Shown here in pieces: positions 1 through 9,385 of a stretch of 64,000 nucleotides of DNA (within the stretch, counting starts at the first letter, position 1; the number at the start of each line of letters is the position of its first letter). A program made the translations under genes and the position numbers. The notes under the pieces were generated by a model. It made no database searches. It was not told the origin of the DNA and saw only the letters and a list, made by a program, of their open reading frames with translations. The stretch spans positions 19,454-83,453 of the forward strand of contig CALDDM010000008.1 of assembly GCA_937936355.1 (NCBI GenBank), given 5' to 3'. Source of the DNA: Minisyncoccota bacterium. GTDB lineage: Bacteria; Patescibacteriota; Minisyncoccia; Moranbacterales; GCA-2747515.

Positions 1-101
1 TCCTTTCGATACTCATCACATGTATCTCCATGTGTTTGCGATATAAGAGTCGCCAATCTTAATGTAACCTCATTCGCTTCTTTATTCATGTTAATATCCA
101 T
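1..101 (-). CDS. hypothetical protein, 5' end only (runs off the window)
   Basis: An ATG at 101 (second in-frame ATG at 89) opens a frame reading MDINMNKEANEVTLRLATLISQTHGDTCDEYRK... that is still open at position 1. A consensus-like promoter lies just upstream. Confidence 0.3.
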   Translation of the reverse strand, partial: MDINMNKEANEVTLRLATLISQTHGDTCDEYRK

Positions 102-119
102 GTCCAAAAGTGTAGATAC

Positions 120-148
120 ACTATAACACTATTATTAAAATATGTCAA
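120..148 (-). promoter_or_regulatory. sigma70-like promoter TTGACA-N17-TATAGT
   Basis: On the minus strand, TTGACA (143-148) and TATAGT (120-125) are separated by 17 nt, about 18 nt upstream of the ATG at 101. Confidence 0.4.
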
Positions 149-458
149 GTATTTGCCACTGATACTTGTTTCATATGATTTAATCATCTTCACAAAACCC
201 TCATTTAGCAAAACAAAAATCGCCCCTCAAAGCGACTCTTGTGATGTATTTTTCTAAGCCAGACAGTGTACTGCGTTCGATCTGGATCATTGATGGTTAT
301 TGTATTCAATCTATCAGTTCCATAATTATAGTGTGAACATGCCATTCTTGTAAATAACCTTCTCAGAACCATCCTCAAGGTGTGCTGTTACAGTTCTGTC
401 GGTCGTAGAAATGATATCTGTATGTACACTCGACTCATTAAATCCAAGCTTTTTCAAA

Positions 459-479
459 GAACATAATTTTTTTATGTTC
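459..479 (-). terminator. hairpin terminator after the carboxypeptidase gene
   Basis: GAACATAA / TTATGTTC form an 8-bp stem with a 5-nt loop, starting about 10 nt after the stop at 489. The following U-run (UUUG) is short. Confidence 0.45.
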
Positions 480-488
480 CGATCGACA

Positions 489-1988
489 TTACAATGTTAA
501 ATCGTAAATCGCACCATACTTCTCTTTCGCATAATCTATAAACAGCTGAGGATTTAAACCTTCACCCGTAACTCGACTACAGAGCTCCTCACTGTTATAC
601 CTTCTTCCATGCACATGGATATTTTCACGCAACCAACTTAATAAACTATCAAAATTTCCTGATTCTATATCATTTTCAAGATTTTGAATTTGACTAGTTG
701 CAGCCGCATAATATTGAGATGCATACAAAGAACCTAAGCTATACGTAGGAAAATATCCAATATACCCACAAGACCAATGAACATCCTGTAAAACCCCTTC
801 AGCATCTGAAGCAATGTCTATTCCCAGATACTCCTTATATTTTTTTCTCCATATCGCAGCCGTGTCCTGAGCCTCAATCTTACCTCCAATCAAATCTCTT
901 TCAATTTCATATCGAATAATAATATGTAAATGATAAGTTAATTCATCAGCCTCAATACGAATAGGCCATGGTTTCACAGCATTTACTGCATAATAAAAAT
1001 CATCAGTAGTCATATTTTTAAGCTGATCAGGAAAATGATCTTTCAAGTAAGGTAAATATCCAGCAATAAATCCCCTCGATCTACACACATTATTTTCCCA
1101 AAGTCGCGATTGACTCTCATGCACACCCATGCCTACGCTATCACCAAGTGGTAAGCCATATTGCTCCGATGGAATTCCTTGCTCGTACATCGCATGACCG
1201 CTTTCATGTATTGAGCTCCATAATCCAAAAGTTAAATCATTTGGCTTAATTCGCGTCGTTATGCGCACATCATCTGGAGAGAATGTCGTACAAAATGGAT
1301 GCTCTACAAGGTCAATCCTCCCTCTTTCAAAGTCAAAACCTAAATCGCTAACAATTTTCTTTATAACAATACGTTGGGTAGCTTGATCATATTCACTAAA
1401 TAGCACTTCATCATTAACATTTTCAACTTCTTGAATTTTCTCGATCATCGGAATAAGCCCTTCTTTCAAATCAGTAAAGACCTTATCTAGTTGTTCAGAT
1501 CTCATTTCTGGCTCATATAAATCGACAAGAACATCATAAGCATCTCCCTTTGGATCAATCAAATTCGCCATTTTACGAGTCATTTCAATGATTTTTTCCA
1601 GATGAGGTAAAAATAATTTAAAATCATCTTCTTCTTTAGCCTTTTGCCAGACCAAAGCAGCTGCACTTTTAACTTGAGCAAATTCTGACACAAAGTCGGT
1701 GGGCAGTTTTTTATCTCTCTCAAAATCACGCAAAAAAATACTAGCGTTAATATATTCCTCAGATTCTTCTTGAGCAGATTCTAAAACATTTTTTGCAGCT
1801 TTTTCTAGGTCCACACTGGTTTTCATATCCTGTACAATGCCAGCCAAAGTACCTACTTGTTGTGATCGAAACTGCGCTCCTTTAGCAGGCATGTATGTCT
1901 CTTGATCCCAGTTCATTATATTTTCTGCTGCCGTCAGATCTGCAATTTTTTGCATTTTTTCTATAAATATCTTATATTTTTTATCCAT
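489..1988 (-). CDS. M32 family (Taq-type) metallocarboxypeptidase
   Basis: 499-aa ORF. It has the zinc site HESGHAMYEQG (HEXXH) plus HPF, DVRITTR, IRIEADE and GVLQDVHW motifs typical of M32 carboxypeptidases. Confidence 0.9.
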   Translation of the reverse strand: MDKKYKIFIEKMQKIADLTAAENIMNWDQETYMPAKGAQFRSQQVGTLAGIVQDMKTSVDLEKAAKNVLESAQEESEEYINASIFLRDFERDKKLPTDFVSEFAQVKSAAALVWQKAKEEDDFKLFLPHLEKIIEMTRKMANLIDPKGDAYDVLVDLYEPEMRSEQLDKVFTDLKEGLIPMIEKIQEVENVNDEVLFSEYDQATQRIVIKKIVSDLGFDFERGRIDLVEHPFCTTFSPDDVRITTRIKPNDLTFGLWSSIHESGHAMYEQGIPSEQYGLPLGDSVGMGVHESQSRLWENNVCRSRGFIAGYLPYLKDHFPDQLKNMTTDDFYYAVNAVKPWPIRIEADELTYHLHIIIRYEIERDLIGGKIEAQDTAAIWRKKYKEYLGIDIASDAEGVLQDVHWSCGYIGYFPTYSLGSLYASQYYAAATSQIQNLENDIESGNFDSLLSWLRENIHVHGRRYNSEELCSRVTGEGLNPQLFIDYAKEKYGAIYDLTL

Positions 1989-1990
1989 AG

Positions 1991-3409
1991 TTATTTCACT
2001 AACTCCTTACGTAAATAATCCTTCAAATCATCTATAGCGATACGTTGTTGGTGCATTGTGTCACGATCTCGCACAGTCACTGTACCATCCTCAAGCGTCT
2101 CAAAGTCAATGGTTATACAGTAAGGTGTGCCAATCTCATCCTGTCTTCTGTATCTTTTACCCACATTTCCGTTATCATCAAACTCACACATGTAAGACTC
2201 TGAGAGCTCTGCAAAAACCTCTTTTGCCTTAGTGACAAGTTCTGACTTATTTTTCATCAGTGGAAAAACAGCAACCTTTACTGGTGCCAATTTCTTAGGC
2301 AACTTCAACACTGTACGCACATCCTCAGACTTTTCACCATTATTATCCTCCTTTTCAAAAGTTTCCACCGTATAAGAATCAGCAAGAACTGCGAGGAATG
2401 TACGATCCACACCAACCGATGTCTCAACGACATGCGGCACAAAAACCTCATTTGTCTGTGGATTCCTATACTCAAGCTTTGTGCCAGAATGTTTTGCATG
2501 TGTTGAGAGATCATAATCCCCACGATTATGAATACCTTCAAGCTCCTTAAAGCCAAATGGGAATTTATATTCTATATCCCATGCAGCCTTTGCGTAGAAC
2601 ACTAGGTTTTCATGTTCATGCCACTGCAGATTTTCTTCTTTGATCTCTAGAATATTTACATAGAAATTCCACCTTTTCTCACGCCAAGACTCATACAAGT
2701 CTGCGGCATTGTCTGGGTGAACAAAGTACTGCATCTCCATTTGCTCAAATTCTCTTTTACGAAAGATGAACTGTCGCGCTGTAATCTCATTGCGAAATGC
2801 TTTTCCAATCTGTGCGATGCCAAACGGCACCTTCACACGTGCAGTATCAAGGACATTCTTAAAGTTGATATAAATTCCTTGACATGTCTCACCGCGCAAA
2901 TAGACAGGTGTATCCATTTTACCTGTAAAATCACCAAGATTTGACTGCACCAAAAGATTAAAACTCTTTGCAGATGAAAAATCTTTCTGACCACATTTCG
3001 GACAAACAACCTTACCTGCATTTTGTATAAGTAGTTCATTGATTTCATCATCAGACATTTTCTCATCTGCAAAAACACCAACTTCCTCCAGTAGATGGTC
3101 GACACGAGATCGTGTCTGACACTTTTTACACTCAGCAAGCGGATCGCTAAATCCACTCACATGCCCACTTGCCTCCCACACCTTAGGAGACATAAAGATA
3201 CTGCTATCAATACCAACTATGTCAGGATTTTTCTGAACCATTTCTCGCCACCACAACGCCCTGATATTTTTTGCAAGCTCTACACCATACGTTCCATAGT
3301 CATAAACCGCTGCAAATCCTCCATAAATCTCACTAGACGGAAAGATAAACCCACGTCTTTTGGTAAAAGCAACCAATTCCTCCATCGTCAATTCTTTTTT
3401 TTCTGCCAT
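1991..3409 (-). CDS. glyQS: glycine--tRNA ligase (dimeric alpha2 type)
   Basis: 472-aa ORF with N-terminus KRRGFIFPSSEIYGGFAAVYDYG and overall class II GlyRS layout. It is preceded by a T-box leader. Confidence 0.95.
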   Translation of the reverse strand: MAEKKELTMEELVAFTKRRGFIFPSSEIYGGFAAVYDYGTYGVELAKNIRALWWREMVQKNPDIVGIDSSIFMSPKVWEASGHVSGFSDPLAECKKCQTRSRVDHLLEEVGVFADEKMSDDEINELLIQNAGKVVCPKCGQKDFSSAKSFNLLVQSNLGDFTGKMDTPVYLRGETCQGIYINFKNVLDTARVKVPFGIAQIGKAFRNEITARQFIFRKREFEQMEMQYFVHPDNAADLYESWREKRWNFYVNILEIKEENLQWHEHENLVFYAKAAWDIEYKFPFGFKELEGIHNRGDYDLSTHAKHSGTKLEYRNPQTNEVFVPHVVETSVGVDRTFLAVLADSYTVETFEKEDNNGEKSEDVRTVLKLPKKLAPVKVAVFPLMKNKSELVTKAKEVFAELSESYMCEFDDNGNVGKRYRRQDEIGTPYCITIDFETLEDGTVTVRDRDTMHQQRIAIDDLKDYLRKELVK

Positions 3410-3434
3410 ACTAATTCGTTATTTCCATTAACAC

Positions 3435-3656
3435 AAAAACTCGTCCTCACAAATTCAAAACTTTGAATTTGTCAGGACGAGTCTCACAACCCGCGGTTCC
3501 ACCTGACTACCCAACCTCTATTCTACCTTCAGAGATCAAGCGCTCAATTGATATTTTTAGCCCCAAAGCACGTTCCACGGTGCGCTACACAACTACTATA
3601 CCAGAAATCTTTCCTGCAGGTCAAAATCACCAAACCAAAGCAGGCTAATCAATATC
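3435..3656 (-). promoter_or_regulatory. T-box riboswitch leader of glyQS (Stem I, T-box sequence, terminator/antiterminator)
   Basis: All elements are on the minus strand. The T-box core CAGGUGGAACCGCGG lies at 3491-3505. A terminator, ACUCGUCCUGACAAAUUCAAA / UUUGAAUUUGUGAGGACGAGU followed by UUUUU, spans 3435-3482. GUCAGG (3501-3506) can alternatively pair with CCUGAC (3471-3476) in the terminator 5' arm, giving an antiterminator. The base of Stem I is GAUAUU-GA-UUAGCC / GGCUAA-A-AAUAUC. Confidence 0.8.
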
Positions 3657-3687
3657 AGACAATGAATCAAGTTCTCAATACTGCACA

Positions 3688-4443
3688 TCACTCTTTACGC
3701 ATGCCGATAACAGCGAGCATAGCATCATGTGAGTCGCCTTGATGACGTCGAGCACTAAAGAACCTCTCGTCTGCATATGTGCACTCCCTACAGTTTTGCA
3801 CATTATCAAGTGGCACACCAGCCTCTGTAATCTGATCACCGAGAATTGCCTGCAAATCAACGGTAATCTTATCAAGAGTTGATCCCTTATCAATATACTT
3901 ATCCTGGGAGTACGGTCCGAACTCCTTGATCATTTCACTATAATGAAATTCAAAATTTGCTTGCGATATCCCAGGTCCAAACTCAATATGGATATCCGCA
4001 AATTTTGACCCTTGCGCAACCATAGCCTCAATAGTCCTAGGAATAATCTCCTTAACTGTACCACGCCAACCAGCGTGCGCGACACCGCAAACACCGGCAA
4101 CGGAGTCAAAAAAATACACAGGAAAACAATCAGCAACTGTTATCCCCACAAAAACACCCGGCTCTTTCGTGATCAGTGCATCAAATGCCCGGTGAAGAGG
4201 CTCGTCCTCTGATGTAATCACGGCCACAGAGGTCCCATGCGTTACATATCCATAATAAAAATCATTATAATCCACTCCTATGCTCTGAAGAAAATTTTTA
4301 TGATTCTCTTTTGTTTGCACATCCTCATCCGTATCGCGCAACTTCATATTGCCTGCACCAACGAGAGATAGTGCACCAATCACTTCAGAATTCTGAGGAA
4401 AAATTTTAAGCGACGTTAGTTGTTCTGCTGCTTGTAATGTCAT
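3688..4443 (-). CDS. pgeF: peptidoglycan editing factor PgeF (YfiH/DUF152, laccase-domain protein)
   Basis: 251-aa ORF containing TVADCFPVYFFD and GVAHAGWRGT motifs characteristic of the YfiH/PgeF family. Confidence 0.85.
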   Translation of the reverse strand: MTLQAAEQLTSLKIFPQNSEVIGALSLVGAGNMKLRDTDEDVQTKENHKNFLQSIGVDYNDFYYGYVTHGTSVAVITSEDEPLHRAFDALITKEPGVFVGITVADCFPVYFFDSVAGVCGVAHAGWRGTVKEIIPRTIEAMVAQGSKFADIHIEFGPGISQANFEFHYSEMIKEFGPYSQDKYIDKGSTLDKITVDLQAILGDQITEAGVPLDNVQNCRECTYADERFFSARRHQGDSHDAMLAVIGMRKE

Positions 4444-4642
4444 ATTCTGTAATATTATGAATTTTCACTATGCCTATAAACTGCGATTCTGAATTCTATC
4501 TCATATATCTTACTATACCATCCAAAGAAAAGGAATATACGGATCTGCCTTGACAAGAGATACGATATGCAGATAGTGACAATATAGGGAAATTTGCATA
4601 TACCGGGTCGCACAATACAAATATCTGCGATATGATGACCAT

Positions 4643-5470
4643 ATGAAGCAACTATCACAAAAAAACTACGAAATACTATCCAAAGCAATCTCGTATATTG
4701 CAACACACATCAACACACAACCAGAGCTCCATGACATTGCGCAACATTGTAAGACGAGTAGCTCTACCCTGCAAAGGATTTTTAGTGCATATGCCGGCTT
4801 GAGCCCAAAACAATTTACAATATTTATGACAACCGATCATGCGAAATCCATTCTTGCAAATAACACCAATGTATTGGCTACCGCACTCAAAACAGGCTCC
4901 TCTGACTCAGGACGTCTCCACAATCATTTTGTACAAATTGAGAGTATGACGCATGATGAATATCGGTCTGGAGGCAAAGAGTTACATATTAAATATTCCT
5001 TCCATAAATCGCCCTACGGAGACATTCTGATCGCTTCAACAGATCGCGGTATTTGCCATATAGTATTCAGTAAAGATCACACTGCATCAATACAAGAGCT
5101 CCAAAATCTTTTCCCAGAAGCAAGCTTATCAAAGTTAAATATACCAATCCACAAGCATGCACAGAAGTTTTTTGATCCAGCGATAACACCGCCCAGCAAG
5201 ATTACACTGCATTTACGAGGTACCACATTTCAAATTAAGGTGTGGCAAGCCTTATTGCGCATACCATCTGGTTCACTTACCTCATATCGTGACATCGCTC
5301 ACTATATTGAACACGAAAAAGCACACCGCGCAGTTGGCACAGCAATTGGACACAACCCAATCGCTTATATCATACCCTGCCACCGCGTCATCAAAGCAAG
5401 TGGAAGCATAGGCGATTATATGTGGGGACCTAGTCGCAAAAAAATCATCCTTGCACATGAATTATCCTAA
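4643..5470 (+). CDS. AraC-type HTH fused to methylated-DNA--protein-cysteine methyltransferase (Ada/Ogt-like)
   Basis: 275-aa ORF. The N-terminal AraC-like HTH reads LHDIAQHCKTSSSTLQRIFSAYAGLSPKQF. The C-terminal alkyltransferase domain has the active site IIPCHRVI. Confidence 0.8.
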   Translation: MKQLSQKNYEILSKAISYIATHINTQPELHDIAQHCKTSSSTLQRIFSAYAGLSPKQFTIFMTTDHAKSILANNTNVLATALKTGSSDSGRLHNHFVQIESMTHDEYRSGGKELHIKYSFHKSPYGDILIASTDRGICHIVFSKDHTASIQELQNLFPEASLSKLNIPIHKHAQKFFDPAITPPSKITLHLRGTTFQIKVWQALLRIPSGSLTSYRDIAHYIEHEKAHRAVGTAIGHNPIAYIIPCHRVIKASGSIGDYMWGPSRKKIILAHELS

Positions 5471-5787
5471 CGATTGCGATAACGCAGCTTCTTTTCTTTA
5501 TCAAAATAATTTTTCGCAACGCGTCTGAGTTTTTTAAAAGCATGTTTCGTAACAACATCTGGTGCTGTAAAGCCCTCTATGTCAATGCGCACTGGCGGCT
5601 TTCCGGGTGGCCGAAAGGTAATCCGTAAACGAAATGGTTGCAAATTCTCAAACCGTACCGTAATCTCAGGCATTTGACCTGCACCAAAGAGATCTTGGTA
5701 GTACTGCTCACGCTCATCTATGACAGCAAGAACCTTTTCTCGCACCTTCTCATCTTCAATCATTTTGGCCTTTTGTACTACAATCAT
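5467..5787 (-). CDS. small basic protein, possible RaiA/HPF-like (beta-alpha-beta-beta-beta-alpha) fold
   Basis: 106-aa ORF whose start overlaps the stop of the upstream gene by 4 nt. Its secondary-structure pattern and basic C-terminus (KHAFKKLRRVAKNYFDKEKK) resemble ribosome hibernation factors. The family assignment is tentative. Confidence 0.5.
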   Translation of the reverse strand: MIVVQKAKMIEDEKVREKVLAVIDEREQYYQDLFGAGQMPEITVRFENLQPFRLRITFRPPGKPPVRIDIEGFTAPDVVTKHAFKKLRRVAKNYFDKEKKLRYRNR

Positions 5788-8222
5788 ACTGATTCATTTT
5801 CATAACGACTCTTAAGGTCTGCATAAATTTTCTCATAATCTGGAATATTAGCCATAAAAATCTCAACACCATCACTACCAACAGTGTGAATCGTTACATT
5901 GCCATTGCCAAAGATCTTTCCAACAAATCCCTGCGTTTTGTTGATAAAGTTTATACGCTCATTAAGTACAGACGTCTCCCTCTTATAAAAGATCCCACTA
6001 CGCGCAATCACACGACTCTGTGTGACAACATATGATCGCATGCGATTGTCAACAACAACAAAGCCTACAATCATCACAATGAGGACAAACGCAACCACTG
6101 CACCTGACACGATACCCGCTGCAATGAACCCAAAAGCAACAAGGCCCAAGAGTATGATTGGCACAAGCATTGGCAACAATGCATTTTTAACATCTGGATG
6201 TGAGATAGACAACACTTCATCCGCAAGATCTCCAGAGAGATCTTGCGGCAAACCACCATCACGCACTAACTTTTGCAAAAGGAAATTTGCATTTATATTT
6301 TCTTGTGCGATGTGGTTTATGAAATCTAAACGAAAAATATGAGAAGAAAATACTGGACCATGCTTATTAAGTCCCCGCCCAGATGCTTCCTGCGTCATTG
6401 CATCGCCAGCGATATTGAGTTCCATCCACCCCTCCTGTGAGAGAGGATATCGCTCAATGACTATATCTTTGATGCCATTATATGGAATATAGTAATATCG
6501 TTTCCACAAAAAACCTTTCTGCGCATAAATATGTGACCACAAAAAATCAATCCGCGCCAACAGATAATAATAACGATTATACAAAACAACAATAATTGTA
6601 AAGATCAGATGCGCCACTGCGATCATGCCAACAACAGCCAAGACCTCCGTTGCACCGTAGGCCACAGCTAAGACAATGATGATACCATATGCCAATGCCA
6701 TAACAAGTGCCAAAAAGGCGTTTGACTTCACCCATGCGAGAATGTTGTAACGAGATCTAGCGCTGTGCACAATATCATTATGCATCCCAAATTTTTCCCT
6801 AATACCCGTCAGAGCTTCGTCATAGTCACGGATATTTTTAAATTGCAGCACATGATGCGATCCGATCGAAAGGAAATCAATAGTTGCAACGCCAAACCAT
6901 TTCTGAATGACATTCTGCCTAACTACCACACCAGTTACCTTCTCCAAATTAAACTCAAGCACCTGCTTGGTAAGAAAATTAAATCGTGACTCCACACCAG
7001 CCTTCTTAAGGCTGTATGTATGTGTCTTGCTATAAAGGACCGCATAGATACTACCAATAAGCAAACCAACAATCACGAAAGCAATGACACCAGATAAACC
7101 TGTGCCAGCAACTACTGCTACCACGCCCAGGACAAGACCAATCAGAACTGTGCCGATAGCACCTGGCACAAACTGATACCACATATCTGGCTGCGTCACA
7201 AGCTCAAATTCTGATTGTGGCTGCAAACGATGTGATACATCCTCACTTTGGACAACGCGCTCTGACATCTGACCTTCTCGAACGAAATTCCCTCCATTGT
7301 CCCTGGTTTGCATGATGAGATCATCAAGTACCTCACTTACTTTTTGACCGTTTGCAAGATTCTTAAAAAAGATCTGGTGCCCCGAGCCTTTTCCGCTTAC
7401 CTTCACATCGTAAAGCCCAAAAATCTTATCCACAAATGTTTGTGTTACCTCTGTATCAGAAAGATTTTGATACGGTATGATAGTGTAATTTTTACTAAGA
7501 AATCCTTCACTATAAACAATGACATTGCGATAAATCCCATAAATTCGCTTACGCAGATCCAGAAAATTCAGAAACTGCCAGGCAATGAGCGCGCCGATAG
7601 AGCCTGCACCTACAATAAGACCAAATCCCAAACCTTTACTAGAAATATAACTCAAAACAGTTTCTAGGACATCGGATGCTACATAAAAAATTAATCCAAT
7701 AGCACCAAGAAAATTTTTAAATACCTCGAAAAAGATTGCCAAACTATGCGGCCTCTCCTCAAGGAGCAACTCACCTGTATCAAGTGAAATTCCTTGCGCT
7801 TTCATTTGCTCCTGAACCTGTGCGAAAAGTTCACGCGGACGATCTACCTCCGCAAAGTGAATCTCCGCAGCACGAGAGCCAGCCGATTCTACATCAATTT
7901 TCCCTGTACCAAAGAGCCTGTATTGGACAAAAGGTAGTCGCAATGATACATGTGTGACATTTTTCAGAAGTAGCTCATTTTCCTGATCGGTGAATGGTGT
8001 TCCTGAGCGTTGCGTGATTTTCTCTGCCTCAAAATCATAAATACGCTTTGCATATTCTGTACGCACATACCAATATGCAACGCCAACACAAAATAACCCC
8101 AACACAAATGGCACAATCGAGCCAAAGACAGACGATATGATCGTCGCAATAATCACACACAAAAGCACTACGTACATCATGCGCATTACGATAAAAGCTC
8201 TTTCTTGTGGTTTAATCGTCAT
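5784..8222 (-). CDS. YdbT-like membrane protein with five tandem [TM hairpin + bPH/DUF304-like] modules
   Basis: 812-aa ORF with five repeats of two hydrophobic helices followed by a module of about 80 aa. Examples are RSGTPFTDQENELLLKNVTHVSL...GTGKIDVESAG and RSGIFYKRETSVLNERINFINKTQGFVGKIFGNGNVTIHT. Confidence 0.8.
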   Translation of the reverse strand: MTIKPQERAFIVMRMMYVVLLCVIIATIISSVFGSIVPFVLGLFCVGVAYWYVRTEYAKRIYDFEAEKITQRSGTPFTDQENELLLKNVTHVSLRLPFVQYRLFGTGKIDVESAGSRAAEIHFAEVDRPRELFAQVQEQMKAQGISLDTGELLLEERPHSLAIFFEVFKNFLGAIGLIFYVASDVLETVLSYISSKGLGFGLIVGAGSIGALIAWQFLNFLDLRKRIYGIYRNVIVYSEGFLSKNYTIIPYQNLSDTEVTQTFVDKIFGLYDVKVSGKGSGHQIFFKNLANGQKVSEVLDDLIMQTRDNGGNFVREGQMSERVVQSEDVSHRLQPQSEFELVTQPDMWYQFVPGAIGTVLIGLVLGVVAVVAGTGLSGVIAFVIVGLLIGSIYAVLYSKTHTYSLKKAGVESRFNFLTKQVLEFNLEKVTGVVVRQNVIQKWFGVATIDFLSIGSHHVLQFKNIRDYDEALTGIREKFGMHNDIVHSARSRYNILAWVKSNAFLALVMALAYGIIIVLAVAYGATEVLAVVGMIAVAHLIFTIIVVLYNRYYYLLARIDFLWSHIYAQKGFLWKRYYYIPYNGIKDIVIERYPLSQEGWMELNIAGDAMTQEASGRGLNKHGPVFSSHIFRLDFINHIAQENINANFLLQKLVRDGGLPQDLSGDLADEVLSISHPDVKNALLPMLVPIILLGLVAFGFIAAGIVSGAVVAFVLIVMIVGFVVVDNRMRSYVVTQSRVIARSGIFYKRETSVLNERINFINKTQGFVGKIFGNGNVTIHTVGSDGVEIFMANIPDYEKIYADLKSRYENESV

Positions 8223-8282
8223 AAAATATGAAAATTTCTTATAAATCCATTATGACACAATTTCATCTGTCTGTATTTTTAT

Positions 8283-8316
8283 CAAAAAAAACAAGGCAGC
8301 TTAGTTCAAGCTGCCT
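8283..8316 (-). terminator. rho-independent terminator
   Basis: On the minus strand, AGGCAGCUU-GAACU-AAGCUGCCU forms a 9-bp stem followed by UGUUUUUUUUG, about 30 nt after the stop at 8348. Confidence 0.7.
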
Positions 8317-8347
8317 CTAGACCCTTTACCTGCACCGCATCGACTTT

Positions 8348-8803
8348 CTATTTACCCATCTCACAATACGATGTGAGCTCTACACGGAGTAAATTGTTGA
8401 CGAACCGCTCCACATCCTTAAAAAGCATCTTTGCAATATTTTTGTTACCCATCAACTCTCCTGAGACGCGGATTACAAATACCTCGTATCCCTCACGTCC
8501 ATAAATCGACTCCCTGACTTCGTCTGGCAATCTACTTAATGCCGCATAATATCCTCGTGCATTTTTGAATCGATCAACCTGCTCAACTTTCTTTTTATCA
8601 GGCAAGCGAATAAACACATCACATCCCCCTGAGCTCTCTTCTGAACACGCCTGAACACTGAAGTGCACCCTTATTCCACTAGGCGTCACAAGTTCTAGCA
8701 CTTGATTACCCTGAACTGTCCAATTCTTCGTATCGCACACCTCAGCGAAAGATTGTCGCAGTTCTTTAATGCGCTCACATTTTACATTCTTATCAAGAGC
8801 CAT
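8348..8803 (-). CDS. hypothetical protein
   Basis: 151-aa ORF with its own terminator. I recognised no motif. Confidence 0.65.
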   Translation of the reverse strand: MALDKNVKCERIKELRQSFAEVCDTKNWTVQGNQVLELVTPSGIRVHFSVQACSEESSGGCDVFIRLPDKKKVEQVDRFKNARGYYAALSRLPDEVRESIYGREGYEVFVIRVSGELMGNKNIAKMLFKDVERFVNNLLRVELTSYCEMGK

Positions 8804-8870
8804 TGCTCAAAACCTCTTTTTTAAGTGAGCTTTCAAACTACCAAAAGGCTGTCATAAAGTCAAGAATATC

Positions 8871-9374
8871 CTATTTCATATCACGTAGGACAACACGTGC
8901 AAGTTCTTCAGCTGATTCGCTTTCTGAATCAAGAATCTGAGAACCTTCGATAAAATTTTGCTCCACAAGATCATAAACATAATCAAAACGCTCCTTACTT
9001 GCTACTTTATCCCACTTCACATCACGCTCCCGTACCCGATTCCACAAAATATCTCGAGGTGCTTGCAGTGTATATACAAAAATATCAGCGCCATATTTTT
9101 GCGCAATTTCTTGAATAACCTTAAATCTGACAGGATTCATACCATCGTTAATCACAACGCTAACACCGCCACTCAAAAAACCCTCAACCATCCCAGGGAT
9201 CACCTCCCAAGCAATCGCATTAGCTTCGTTACCAGCCTCAACATGCGACATCATGCGTCGTATGTCGACAAGGCCAAAAAATGCAACACCCGGCAGTTTT
9301 GTAGCGAGCGCATTACTGAGTGTTGTCTTACCCGCGCCTTTCGAGCCGCAAAGCACAAGAACAAATAGTTTCAT
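8871..9374 (-). CDS. P-loop kinase/ATPase (AAA_33-like)
   Basis: 167-aa ORF with an N-terminal Walker A motif, CGSKGAGKTT. Its size and layout match small nucleotide/zeta-type kinases. Confidence 0.7.
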   Translation of the reverse strand: MKLFVLVLCGSKGAGKTTLSNALATKLPGVAFFGLVDIRRMMSHVEAGNEANAIAWEVIPGMVEGFLSGGVSVVINDGMNPVRFKVIQEIAQKYGADIFVYTLQAPRDILWNRVRERDVKWDKVASKERFDYVYDLVEQNFIEGSQILDSESESAEELARVVLRDMK

Positions 9375-9385
9375 AAGAAATATAA

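Noticed and set aside
314-457. TTG-initiated 47-aa minus-strand ORF (KKLGFNESSVHTDIISTTDRTVTAHLEDGSEKVIYKNGMFTL)
   Set aside because: It looks protein-like. However, it has no ATG or GTG start, no SD and no promoter, and its 5' end overlaps the terminator hairpin of the carboxypeptidase gene. It may be a gene remnant, and there is not enough support to call it.
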